Virus record (IMG/VR): IMGVR_UViG_3300016667_000484
Span: 131,339-195,338 of that record
DNA from: a virus
Taxonomy: Duplodnaviria; Heunggongvirae; Uroviricota; Caudoviricetes
Strand: one strand, 5' to 3'
DNA length: 64,000 bases
Both the position numbers and the translations under genes were made by a program. Shown here piece by piece: positions 38,467-47,076 of the stretch (positions are counted from its first letter, which is position 1; each line of letters starts with the position of its first letter). The notes beneath the pieces were generated by a model. That model saw nothing but the letters and a program-made list of their open reading frames with translations. It had not been told where the DNA came from and made no database searches.

Positions 38467-38799
38467 TTAGAACCGGAAAGCAACGCCGACGACAGCATCG
38501 TCGTAGTTAAAGTCGGCGTCAGTCTTGATCTTGCCATAGACGTCGATGTTCTCGTTCACGATGTAGGTTGCTTTCACTTCAGCCCGAGTGAAGTCAAAGG
38601 CATCAACGTCTCCGTTGCCGATAACCATCGGCGTCAGATAGAAACCATCGAGCACGTACAGCTCAGCACCAGCACCAATTTCAAAGCTATTTGCTTCAAC
38701 GGCATACTCCGAATAACCAACGAAGGTCGGCGTCTCGGCCATAGCCATACCAGTCATAGCGACAAGAGCAGTCACAGCGATCATAACAGATTTCATCAT
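38467..38799 (-). CDS. Small outer-membrane beta-barrel/porin-like protein
   Basis: Signal peptide (AMA/E), amphipathic beta strands, C-terminal VGVAFRF Bam signal; AAGGAG SD. Confidence 0.65.
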   Translation of the reverse strand: MMKSVMIAVTALVAMTGMAMAETPTFVGYSEYAVEANSFEIGAGAELYVLDGFYLTPMVIGNGDVDAFDFTRAEVKATYIVNENIDVYGKIKTDADFNYDDAVVGVAFRF

Positions 38800-38810
38800 T
38801 CATATTCTCC

Positions 38811-39071
38811 TTAAGGTTTGTTTGTGGTGGTGTTATTGACGAAGGCGTAGAGTGCGCTTGAGCGAGCCACCACTTCGCTCGGATCGTACATCTTCGGTTT
38901 GTTGGTGTCGATGAAGTTGTTGATCTCATCGACCGAGGTGTTGGAAGCCCGAAGAGTCTCGAGCTTCGCAAAGAAAGTGTTCTCTTCGATTCGCTTCTCA
39001 TTGTTCAGCATCTCTTGTGCCATCTTGAGAATGTCGAGTCGAACTTCGTACGGTGTCTTATTTCCCTGCAT
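38811..39071 (-). CDS. Conserved hypothetical protein
   Basis: MQGNKTPYEVRLDILKMAQEML...ALYAFV; true start taken as the ATG at 39071. Confidence 0.65.
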   Translation of the reverse strand: MQGNKTPYEVRLDILKMAQEMLNNEKRIEENTFFAKLETLRASNTSVDEINNFIDTNKPKMYDPSEVVARSSALYAFVNNTTTNKP

Positions 39072-39930
39072 CTGTGTCACCCACAGCGGCAGCTCGTTCA
39101 ACATCGTTGAAAGCGGAAACGGTGTAAGAGTCCATGGTAGCCATACCAGATGCATATGCACCTTTCAGACGAGAAGTCATGGCAGAAGCACCACGCATGG
39201 TCTCAGCGGCGTTAGCGGTAGAGAACTGCATCGTGTTGTTATAGTTGAAGCCCATAGCAGCACCGGCATGGAATGCGTCGATGTTTGCGCCGAGGAACAT
39301 GAAGCCCCAGTTCTTGCCTTCAGCCTTTTCGACCATCGCCTTGATGTCGTCGTTGCGGAAGGTGCGAGACTGATTCTCTTCACCATCGGTCAAAACAGTG
39401 ATGATGACCGACTCACGATCAGCTTTCTTCTTGTCAGCCAGAAGAAGGTTGATCTTCATCATGACACCACCCATAGCGTCGAGAAGGTTGGTGCCACCAC
39501 TTGGGTGATAGCTGTTCTTGTCGAGGGGTTGAACCTCACCCACGTCTTGACGATCAAAGATCGCACGAACGTCGTGGCCATTGAACTTGTAGAGGGAGAC
39601 CAGAGTCTTGATGCCTGTCTTTTCAGCGTCTTCTTTCTGAGCCTTCAGATATTCATTGTAGCCCGAGATGGTTTGATCCCAGCAGGACGACATCGAAGAG
39701 GATTCGTCGAGGACAAAGATGATGTGCGAAAGATTCGGATTCTTTCCGGCGCGCTTAGGTTTGAAAGCTTCGCCGAGATTTGCCGGTGCTGCAACAGTTG
39801 GTGCGGCCACTGCGAGTGAAAATGAACCTGGAATAGCAGAAGTCGGAGTAGAGTAAACGTAACCACCAGATTGGATGCCAATACCATTGGTGACTACTTG
39901 TGCCTGTGACGTAATGCGACGTGATGTCAT
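39058..39930 (-). CDS. von Willebrand factor A domain protein
   Basis: MIDAS motif IIFVLDESSSMS, GGTNLLDAMG, ITVLTDGEENQS, FMFLGANIDA. Confidence 0.9.
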   Translation of the reverse strand: MTSRRITSQAQVVTNGIGIQSGGYVYSTPTSAIPGSFSLAVAAPTVAAPANLGEAFKPKRAGKNPNLSHIIFVLDESSSMSSCWDQTISGYNEYLKAQKEDAEKTGIKTLVSLYKFNGHDVRAIFDRQDVGEVQPLDKNSYHPSGGTNLLDAMGGVMMKINLLLADKKKADRESVIITVLTDGEENQSRTFRNDDIKAMVEKAEGKNWGFMFLGANIDAFHAGAAMGFNYNNTMQFSTANAAETMRGASAMTSRLKGAYASGMATMDSYTVSAFNDVERAAAVGDTDAGK

Positions 39931-39964
39931 GAAATGCCTCGTGTGTAATGTGTGTTGTGTGTAA

Positions 39965-40262
39965 AGCGTCACCGATTCTGTTTCGAGGCTGGTGACCCGC
40001 CCATGTAGATTAGGCTGCGAGAGCGTAAGCTACAGGTGCAACGTTGTCGTTTGCATTTGTTGATTTCTTCGCGTTAACCCAGCTTAGATCGGGATAGCTC
40101 CACCCTGCCTAGTCCGCCTGTCGATCCTATTTCGGGCCCATCAAAGATACAGATGTGAAAACTTATGCATTCTTCTTCGCCTCGCGGGTGGAAGCATCTG
40201 TATCTATGGTGGACCCGACCGGTACCGCCCCGGTGTCCAGAACGTGTTCAGTGAGTATCATC
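39965..40262 (-). ncRNA. ssrA: Circularly permuted (two-piece) tmRNA
   Basis: Acceptor piece ends ...CGGGTCCACCA (3' end 40207); a 67-nt intervening hairpin follows; the coding piece starts GGGCCCGAAATAGGATCGAC (40139) with a G3:U70 pair; tag ORF 40054-40010 reads ANDNVAPVAYALAA*. Outer ends are approximate. Confidence 0.93.
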
Positions 40263-40272
40263 ACTACAAGTC

Positions 40273-40302
40273 TATTTATACCACATCACTCGTAAATGTC
40301 AA
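40273..40302 (-). promoter_or_regulatory. Overlapping sigma70-like and late promoters for the tmRNA
   Basis: TTGACA (40302-40297), 16-nt spacer, TATAAATA (40280-40273). Confidence 0.7.
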
Positions 40303-40311
40303 CAAAAACTT

Positions 40312-40572
40312 TCAGTCTTTATATCCGCCCATTTCGCGCGATTGATTCTGCGCGGACACAGTCATGTCTTTCATCTCGACGACCTGCTTGATCGTGACAT
40401 CTCGATTCATGCGGATCCACTTGATCACTTCTTCCCAATTAGTGCAGCGAACTTTTACTTCGCTTGTCGACATATATGCACCATCACGCTGATCGTGCTT
40501 TTGCACCTGCTTGGTTCCGATGATCTCATAGAGGAAGTCTGCTTTCACTGTGACGTTGAAGTCGTACATCAT
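40312..40572 (-). CDS. Hypothetical protein
   Basis: 86-aa ORF in the coding direction with a weak SD. Confidence 0.6.
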   Translation of the reverse strand: MMYDFNVTVKADFLYEIIGTKQVQKHDQRDGAYMSTSEVKVRCTNWEEVIKWIRMNRDVTIKQVVEMKDMTVSAQNQSREMGGYKD

Positions 40573-40585
40573 ATAGAGTCCTATG

Positions 40586-41593
40586 TTATTTCTTTCGACG
40601 GCTTGGGAATTGGTTGTATGCTCGCTGATACTTCGAGTAGTTGATGATCATCTGAGTGTTCCAGACTTGCTCTTCACCGTCGTTGGTCTCGACGGTCAGA
40701 ACAGCGTTTCTCCAGATTGAACCAGTCATCGTCGCCTTAACGACGGGCTTACCGATCTTTTCGATCATCTTCTGCATGAAGGCGCGATAATCGTCTTCAG
40801 CAGCCTGAACGTTTTGCTTGATGTAGTGGTCGACCATCGTTTGGTTGAGTTCACGAATGTCAGGTTCATTCGGCTTACGAGAAGAAGTTTTAGCTTTTGT
40901 GATCGAAGTGTAAACTGTTCGACGGGCTTGAGCCATCTTGTATGCTTCAGTGCCGTAACCAGATTTAGGCTCGGGAGCTACTACATTCAGGTCCCAACCA
41001 GCTTTCTTCAAAGCTTCTACACGAGCATCGATGAACTTCTGAGCCTCTTCACGAGCACCTTTCTTGTACTCTTCAAGGTGATCTTCGAACACTTTGATCA
41101 GAGACGAAGAATCAGCAAACTTACGTTCCATAGCTTTTGCTGCTACTGCTTTTGTTTCAGCACGCTTGGTGGATACCTTGACGACCTTATCTTTCAAGGT
41201 CTTCATATCATCGGCGATGGGCTTCCACTTCTCGATGAACTTGTTGACTTCGGCGACCATCGACTTGACATACTTGTCAGACGAGCCTTTGTTCTTCTCA
41301 GCCATCTTCTGAAGCTTGCCAAGACCGGTCATGCTATCAGAGATGCTGTAGTAGAAGTCATTCACAATCGAATCATCTTCCTTTGCCGCACGAGCAGCAC
41401 GAAGAAGATCAAGAGCGTGATTTTGTACTGCGTCTGCATCTTTGCGGAACAGACGTTTAGCTGAGTCACCGAGCTGAACATACTCAGGATTGATGATCTC
41501 GCCGGCTTTCTTGAATTCATCGATCGCAGTCACGAGACCAGCAATATCGGTGATTCGGGTCTGTTCGACGAAGAAGTGTTTGAAAGATTGCAT
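40586..41593 (-). CDS. Hypothetical protein, possible internal head protein
   Basis: N-terminus MQSFKHFFVE resembles T4 capsid-targeting sequences; GATAAATA late-like promoter and GGAGG SD upstream. Confidence 0.6.
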   Translation of the reverse strand: MQSFKHFFVEQTRITDIAGLVTAIDEFKKAGEIINPEYVQLGDSAKRLFRKDADAVQNHALDLLRAARAAKEDDSIVNDFYYSISDSMTGLGKLQKMAEKNKGSSDKYVKSMVAEVNKFIEKWKPIADDMKTLKDKVVKVSTKRAETKAVAAKAMERKFADSSSLIKVFEDHLEEYKKGAREEAQKFIDARVEALKKAGWDLNVVAPEPKSGYGTEAYKMAQARRTVYTSITKAKTSSRKPNEPDIRELNQTMVDHYIKQNVQAAEDDYRAFMQKMIEKIGKPVVKATMTGSIWRNAVLTVETNDGEEQVWNTQMIINYSKYQRAYNQFPSRRKK

Positions 41594-41647
41594 GATGCCT
41601 CCGATAGCTACTTCTACTATTTATCACAAGTGATGTCAATAGAAAAG

Positions 41648-41800
41648 TTAGCCGCGATCGTATCGTCTTCGCTTTTCTTCATACGTGCTGATTCGCTTGG
41701 CGTACTCGTCGGGTACTTTTCCGATACCGACTACGCGATCCCATTCGCGCTGAGTGTAACCATCTGGTTCTGGTTTTGTTTCTTCTTTTTCTTTGTCCAT
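41648..41800 (-). CDS. Small hypothetical protein (50 aa)
   Basis: Hand translation MDKEKEETKPEPDGYTQREWDRVVGIGKVPDEYAKRISTYEEKRRRYDRG; GAGG SD. Confidence 0.55.
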   Translation of the reverse strand: MDKEKEETKPEPDGYTQREWDRVVGIGKVPDEYAKRISTYEEKRRRYDRG

Positions 41801-41808
41801 ATGATGCC

Positions 41809-42075
41809 TCACACATCAGGGTGTTGATAGATGTGTGAGGCTTTGTTATCCACAAAAGCAGTGCCGACGTAGACCGAGTGGTCGGGCACAGCACCACCAG
41901 TTGGAACGATCGTGAAAGTCACGTCGACTGGAATAACCGGTTTCTCGAGTGTTTCGTACCAAATAGTTGGAATACCTTCTCGTTCGTGTACCGTTAGAAC
42001 TTTGAAGGCACCTACAGACGTTCGGATAGTTACACTATCACCTGGGATCTGCACCCTTTGTACGACTCGAGTCAT
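41809..42075 (-). CDS. Hypothetical protein
   Basis: MTRVVQRVQIP...TIWY...VPTGGAVP...YVGT; AAGGAG SD before the ATG at 42075. Confidence 0.65.
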   Translation of the reverse strand: MTRVVQRVQIPGDSVTIRTSVGAFKVLTVHEREGIPTIWYETLEKPVIPVDVTFTIVPTGGAVPDHSVYVGTAFVDNKASHIYQHPDV

Positions 42076-42079
42076 GGAA

Positions 42080-42607
42080 TTACTCCTTGCGATAGAAGAT
42101 GTGATTTTCGATCTGAGTAGTTTCTTCGAACGCTTTACGCCAGCCAGGCTTAACGCCTTCAGCGTGATACATTGTCGCGCCCATCGTAGGGTCAAATGAA
42201 TAACCATACGTATTTATAACGATTGAAGCAACCCGCACAGCTTCTTCATAAGCTTCATCGTCGGTTGGTTCATCGTCCTTGCCGTCACAGTACCAAGAGA
42301 ATTGGCACTTGTTCTTGACGGGTACGCCATTCTTTTCTACTGCCTGATATACAACTGAGCATACGTCGCTCGGATAGTCAGGGCTGTTAGCACGGTTGAG
42401 TGTGACATAAGCAACAGCGCGTTGGCCAAGCTCAGATTCACCTTGTGCTTCATGGTAGATGTTCAACGCCAAACAGTCGCGTTGACGAGTAAAGTCTGCT
42501 TCTAGAGTTTCTTCGATGCTTTTGTTATATGCTTCAACCCCGACAGCAGACATTCCAAGGAGCGTGATGGCAGATGCCACCGCACCCAAAAGTGTTAAAG
42601 TTTTCAT
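42080..42607 (-). CDS. SleB/Hydrolase_2 cell-wall hydrolase with N-terminal membrane anchor
   Basis: CLALNIYHEAQGES..GQRAVAYVTLNR....YP..VC.VVYQ...CQFSWYCDGK...GATMYHA...IENHIFY. Confidence 0.92.
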   Translation of the reverse strand: MKTLTLLGAVASAITLLGMSAVGVEAYNKSIEETLEADFTRQRDCLALNIYHEAQGESELGQRAVAYVTLNRANSPDYPSDVCSVVYQAVEKNGVPVKNKCQFSWYCDGKDDEPTDDEAYEEAVRVASIVINTYGYSFDPTMGATMYHAEGVKPGWRKAFEETTQIENHIFYRKE

Positions 42608-42704
42608 TGGAGTCTTACCTCTGTCTTGTTTACGTCGGTACCCAATATTTATCACTAGTAGACCGTTATGTCAACTTATACTTTACGTATAAGCAAAAAC
42701 TTGC

Positions 42705-43049
42705 CTATTGCCGATGGATACCGACAATGCCAAGCTTCAAGAGAACCGACAGGATGTTGATGAAGCCCTGGATAACCAACCAAGGGGCGGCTAGCAGAGC
42801 TACATAGGTGTAACCACCGCTGAATGTGATCACTGCGGCAGTAACATAGATCATGTAGATGGTGATCATCTTCAAGATGTCAATGTCTTCGACCAGTTCT
42901 GCACGAGAAAGTCCGGTGAAAAGACGAAAGGCCATGATGTAGAACAAGGCAGCAAAGGATGCTAAGAAGAGCACTGTGACTTCCATAGCACCATTGATGC
43001 CGTACGCAGCGGCCAATACAGCCGCTGCACCGATGAACTTAAACATCAC
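42705..43049 (-). CDS. Membrane protein
   Basis: About four hydrophobic segments in 114 aa. Confidence 0.65.
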   Translation of the reverse strand: MMFKFIGAAAVLAAAYGINGAMEVTVLFLASFAALFYIMAFRLFTGLSRAELVEDIDILKMITIYMIYVTAAVITFSGGYTYVALLAAPWLVIQGFINILSVLLKLGIVGIHRQ

Positions 43050-43054
43050 ATACC

Positions 43055-44194
43055 TCAGAAAGGAGCTTCATCACGGTAGTCTTCCTCGTCAGCCTTGGTG
43101 GTCTGGCTGGTGGTATCCACCTTGGAAGCCGAAGCGTCGATCTTGGTGTAGAGGTCGACGAAGGCAGCCCGAGTATCTTCATCAAAGCGAGAGACGCAGA
43201 GGTCGATCGACTTCTTGCGATCCTTGAAGATCGCGAAGGTCTGAGCGATGTGACACAGACGCCGAGTCGAGATCACTTCGTCGATGCCACCGTCCTCGAA
43301 AGTCTTACGGATTGCCGTCGACCACTTCGTCAGGTTCTCAGCGAACTCATCATCGACTTGACCGTAGAGTTCCATGTGCTTGAGAATGATCTTCTTCTCG
43401 ACAGGGCCCGTCGGATAGGGTTGCTCCATGGTGATCGTGAAGCGCTCAAGGAAGGCCTCGTCGATGATCGTAGCGGCGATGAAGCGACCATCCTCGGAAC
43501 CCTTACCCTTGGTGTTCGAGGTAGCGATGACGTTGAATCCGGGAGCCGGAGTCACGAGTTCACCAGTCTTCTTGATGAGAACCGGCTTACCCTCAAGAAC
43601 ACCTTGAAGAGCCATGAGCTTGTTCGAACCACGGTCGATCTCGTCGACCAGAAGGATAGCACCGGCTTCCATCGCTTTGATGACCGGACCCTTCGAGAAG
43701 ATGGTCTCACCGTTGACGAGACGGAAACCACCGATCAGGTCGTCTTCGTCAGTCTCGGGAGTGATCTGGACCCGGATGTACTCACGGTTGAGCTCAGCGC
43801 AAGCTTGTTCGACCATCATGGTCTTGCCGTTGCCCGAGAGGCCGGTGATGTAGACAGGGTAGAACATCTTGGACTCGATGATGGTACCCACATCACGAGC
43901 GTGGCCCCACTTCACGTAGGTCTTGATGCGCTTGGGAATATACGTACCCTCTTCCGAGAGCACGATCTTCGGGGCGGTTTCAACCGGACGAAGCTGAGTG
44001 ACCGTAGCAGCGAGATCGTAGACGCCACGTTTCACAGCGGGGACCGATTTGATCACACCCCAGACGATGTTGTGTTTCACACCGTTTTCGTCAGCAAAGT
44101 CGAGAAGAGCTTTGCGAGTGAAAACCGAGGTGCCGGGATTAGCAGCGCGGATAGCTTCGATGAAGGATTGAACGTCGAGCATAGTAGGTTCCAT
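43055..44194 (-). CDS. MoxR/CobS-like AAA+ ATPase
   Basis: Walker A GLSGNGKT, Walker B ILLVDEID, TDEDDLIGGFRL, DEAFLERF, ISTRRL. Confidence 0.92.
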   Translation of the reverse strand: MEPTMLDVQSFIEAIRAANPGTSVFTRKALLDFADENGVKHNIVWGVIKSVPAVKRGVYDLAATVTQLRPVETAPKIVLSEEGTYIPKRIKTYVKWGHARDVGTIIESKMFYPVYITGLSGNGKTMMVEQACAELNREYIRVQITPETDEDDLIGGFRLVNGETIFSKGPVIKAMEAGAILLVDEIDRGSNKLMALQGVLEGKPVLIKKTGELVTPAPGFNVIATSNTKGKGSEDGRFIAATIIDEAFLERFTITMEQPYPTGPVEKKIILKHMELYGQVDDEFAENLTKWSTAIRKTFEDGGIDEVISTRRLCHIAQTFAIFKDRKKSIDLCVSRFDEDTRAAFVDLYTKIDASASKVDTTSQTTKADEEDYRDEAPF

Positions 44195-44248
44195 GATTTG
44201 ATTGGCTACATGTTCTATATAAGTCAGTTAAGGGGAAATGTCAACCCC

Positions 44249-46393
44249 TTAACTGACGATTTCTGCAAATTTTGCGGCGATCAAGCGGTTGCGCTTCTTC
44301 TTGAGCGCTTTGTTCTGGAAAGCTTCCGCGATGTTCTTGGTGTTGATGTCGAGTTCATCGTCGTCATCACCGTCGTTGCTCGAAGAACCAGTGCTACCCA
44401 GGTTCGTCAAGATCTGCCGATCATAACCATCAATGTTGTCGTTGATGAGACAACCATCTTTGTTCATGACGGCCAGGGCAGCTTGGATTTCTTCAACCGA
44501 AGATTTGTTCATGCGCCACTTGAGTTCACCAGGGTTGATCAGGTGGTAGTTCATAGTCCGCACACCTTGATCCCGAAGACCCTGCAGGATGCTAGCGGTG
44601 CCGGCACCGTAGCTGTGCATGTTGATCTTCGTGCCATTCACCTCGATGATACGCCGATGGGCATTACCGGTCGACTTGATGTCGATGCCCTTTTCAACCA
44701 TGACGCCTTCGCTATCACCATCAGTCAGAGTGATGAAGTTCATCTTCTGAACGTTGTGCTTCGCCCGGAAAGCGGCGATGTGGTGATACATGACCAAGAG
44801 GCTGGCGTCAAGAGGAGTGCCACCCATCGACTCCATCGAACCCATCCAGTTACGACGACCGTTACCAGTCTGAGCAAAGAGGCCTTTGTAAGCTTCTTCA
44901 TAGACTTTCTTCGGCATCGAAGAGTCGATGAGCTTGAAGACATGGCAGTTGTTCATGTTCACGGAGGTGAGGGTCTGCGACATCTTACGGATCTTGTCGT
45001 TGTACGCCGAAGGGCTGGTGAAGCCATACACCTCGAAGGGAATGTTCACTCGCTTGCAGAAGGTAACCAAGATCAGGAGTTGCTTGATCACTTTCGGCAG
45101 GATGGACGACATCGACTGAGAGTAGTCGATCAGCATCATCATACCGTGGGACTGATCGTCGTCGAGGTGAGTCACCTGCTTGAAGATGTTGTCTTCGTAC
45201 TTATACTTGTGCAGGGAGTTGACGTCGAGAGAACCCTTCGTCGAAGTCCGAGCCCGAGCAAACCGACGAGCAGTCTTACGCATCTCGAACTCTTTCACCA
45301 TCACAGCAACGGTGTCTTTCGTGTCAGACAGGAAGCGAACATACCGCTTCTCGGGGAAGTCGGCCGAGTTCACTTGGCGCCAGCGCCCCTTCTTCACTTC
45401 TTCGAAAGACCGAGTCACAGCAGTGGCTTGAGCTTTCGTCGGGCCTTTGACGTAGAGAGTGGTACCACCGGTAGCCATCGAGTCGACAAGAGCTTTGGCG
45501 ATAGCAGCCCGGAAGATGGCGTCAGTCTCAACACCTTCGATGTTGTTGTCGACATCCGGCACAGTGATGAGGTCTTCGTCTTCTTCAGGCTCAGGAGTTT
45601 CTTTTTCCTGCTCTTCAGTAGCAACTTCATTGAAGCTCTCGACGTCGACTTCAATCTCGACGTCACCGTTCTTGATAGCTTGTTTGAGCTCTTCCGAGAT
45701 GGGCTCGGGCTTTTCATCTCCGCCCTGAGGCTTACCAGCCTTGATGACGATCTTGTCGGGAATAGCTTCAGGAAGTTTTACGCCCGCTTCCTGAAGAGCT
45801 TTAATCGCAGCTTCTTGAGCTTTACGGGCAGCCTCGAGCTCTTCTTTCATGAAGGCATAGAGTTCACGGCAAGAGTCCATGACGTCGTCCCACGTTTCGA
45901 CCGCCATAGCACGATCAACGTAAGGTTGTTCTTTCGACGAGAAACGCACCGTCACCAAGCCGCGAGACTTAGCGAAGATGTTAAGCCGGTTCATAAAAGA
46001 GAGTTTGTTAACGTCTTCGTTCTTGATCCTGAAGAAGTCACGATTCAGGAGGTCTTGATAACCCCGCATGAAAGACCCGAGAAGACCCGGGAACTCACGA
46101 AGAACAAGCTTCTCGATGCGGATGTCTTCGACGATGTTCACATAGGAACGAGGGCAACCCGGAATCTGAGTCGTCGACTCGTGCCAACCTTCGGCCGGGG
46201 TGTGAAGAGCGTGGCCGATTTCGTGACCGACGAGAAGATCGTACAGATCTTTGTCGACGTCTTTCCACTGAGGAAGACCGAGGATACGCCGCTCGACGTC
46301 AAAGAACGCAGTGTGATGGTTGGTGTGTTCGACCGTGATGTTCTCACGAGCGAGAAGACGGGCGAGGATGGACTTTTTGACAAGAACTGACAT
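44249..46393 (-). CDS. CobT-like protein: HExxH metallopeptidase N-domain plus C-terminal VWA
   Basis: DLLVGHEIGHALHT...NIVEDIRIEK; acidic linker; LIDYSQSM, GGTPL, LTDGDS. Confidence 0.88.
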   Translation of the reverse strand: MSVLVKKSILARLLARENITVEHTNHHTAFFDVERRILGLPQWKDVDKDLYDLLVGHEIGHALHTPAEGWHESTTQIPGCPRSYVNIVEDIRIEKLVLREFPGLLGSFMRGYQDLLNRDFFRIKNEDVNKLSFMNRLNIFAKSRGLVTVRFSSKEQPYVDRAMAVETWDDVMDSCRELYAFMKEELEAARKAQEAAIKALQEAGVKLPEAIPDKIVIKAGKPQGGDEKPEPISEELKQAIKNGDVEIEVDVESFNEVATEEQEKETPEPEEDEDLITVPDVDNNIEGVETDAIFRAAIAKALVDSMATGGTTLYVKGPTKAQATAVTRSFEEVKKGRWRQVNSADFPEKRYVRFLSDTKDTVAVMVKEFEMRKTARRFARARTSTKGSLDVNSLHKYKYEDNIFKQVTHLDDDQSHGMMMLIDYSQSMSSILPKVIKQLLILVTFCKRVNIPFEVYGFTSPSAYNDKIRKMSQTLTSVNMNNCHVFKLIDSSMPKKVYEEAYKGLFAQTGNGRRNWMGSMESMGGTPLDASLLVMYHHIAAFRAKHNVQKMNFITLTDGDSEGVMVEKGIDIKSTGNAHRRIIEVNGTKINMHSYGAGTASILQGLRDQGVRTMNYHLINPGELKWRMNKSSVEEIQAALAVMNKDGCLINDNIDGYDRQILTNLGSTGSSSNDGDDDDELDINTKNIAEAFQNKALKKKRNRLIAAKFAEIVS

Positions 46394-46457
46394 GATGGGT
46401 TCCTTTCTGAGACCAGACTATACTAGCCCGCCGAGAATGTCAATAGAAAAGTGCAGG

Positions 46458-46811
46458 TTATTTCACCTGCACGTAAGCTTTATTCCACTTGCCGATCGAC
46501 AGACCCACGTAGTAGGCGGTATGGAAGTAGTCGATCATCGAGTCCGACTTGTCGAACCAGTTCTGGCTCTTCATCACCTTGAAGATGTCGGTGAAGAGCT
46601 TCTCGAAGCGACCGTACTGATAGAGGTGATACTGGTTCACGTCCATAGAGTTTCGAAGTCCAAGGACTTCTCGGAAGTCCTCAGGACCAGACATGATCGC
46701 TACCTTGAGCGAAAGTGAGTTACCACCCGACACCGAGAACTTGAACTTGGGAAACTCCTGCTTGAGGAGGTTCCGAACGTTCTTCACTTCTTCAGTCGTG
46801 ATGTAGGCCAT
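46458..46811 (-). CDS. Hypothetical early protein (LPD29-like)
   Basis: VRNLLKQEFPKFKFSVS...DKSDSMIDYFHTAYY. Confidence 0.6.
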   Translation of the reverse strand: MAYITTEEVKNVRNLLKQEFPKFKFSVSGGNSLSLKVAIMSGPEDFREVLGLRNSMDVNQYHLYQYGRFEKLFTDIFKVMKSQNWFDKSDSMIDYFHTAYYVGLSIGKWNKAYVQVK

Positions 46812-46826
46812 GATGATCCCTCTGTT

Positions 46827-46867
46827 GCTTACTAGTTAGATATAAGCAATCCAGTCGAGAATGTCAA
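46827..46867 (-). promoter_or_regulatory. Early promoter, conserved class
   Basis: TTGACA-N17-TATATC within TTGCTTATATCTAACTAGTAAGC; near-identical copies at 48920-48961 and 63771-63813. Confidence 0.75.
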
Positions 46868-47076
46868 TACCGTTCGATCAAAATTTTCACAATTTTTTGA
46901 ATATCTTCGAGCGTACCGGACTCGATGAGCTTCACCATCTCGGCTTTCTGTCTTTGATGGTACATATCCATGAAGTGCTTCTTCGCCTCCATCATGCTCA
47001 CACCGAACTGCTCACGGTACTCACGCACATCTTCCGCGCTGAAACCATACTCATTCTTTACTTCACTGTAAACCAT
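46864..47076 (-). CDS. Hypothetical protein
   Basis: 70 aa with VREYREQFGVSMMEAKK (ribosomal L7/L12-like helix motif); GAGG SD. Confidence 0.6.
   Translation of the reverse strand: MVYSEVKNEYGFSAEDVREYREQFGVSMMEAKKHFMDMYHQRQKAEMVKLIESGTLEDIQKIVKILIERY

Noticed and set aside
40207-40245. tRNA-like T-arm plus CCA end
   Set aside because: There is no anticodon arm; it is the acceptor piece of the permuted tmRNA.
43250-46390. 1046-aa plus-strand ORF spanning the MoxR and VWA genes
   Set aside because: It is an antisense shadow. Biased codon use in the real minus-strand genes removes stops on the opposite strand, and it shows no recognisable motifs or SD.
43055-46393. Cobalamin biosynthesis (cobS/cobT) auxiliary genes
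   Set aside because: No cobN or other cob genes are present, and the architecture fits a generic MoxR-VWA chaperone pair.
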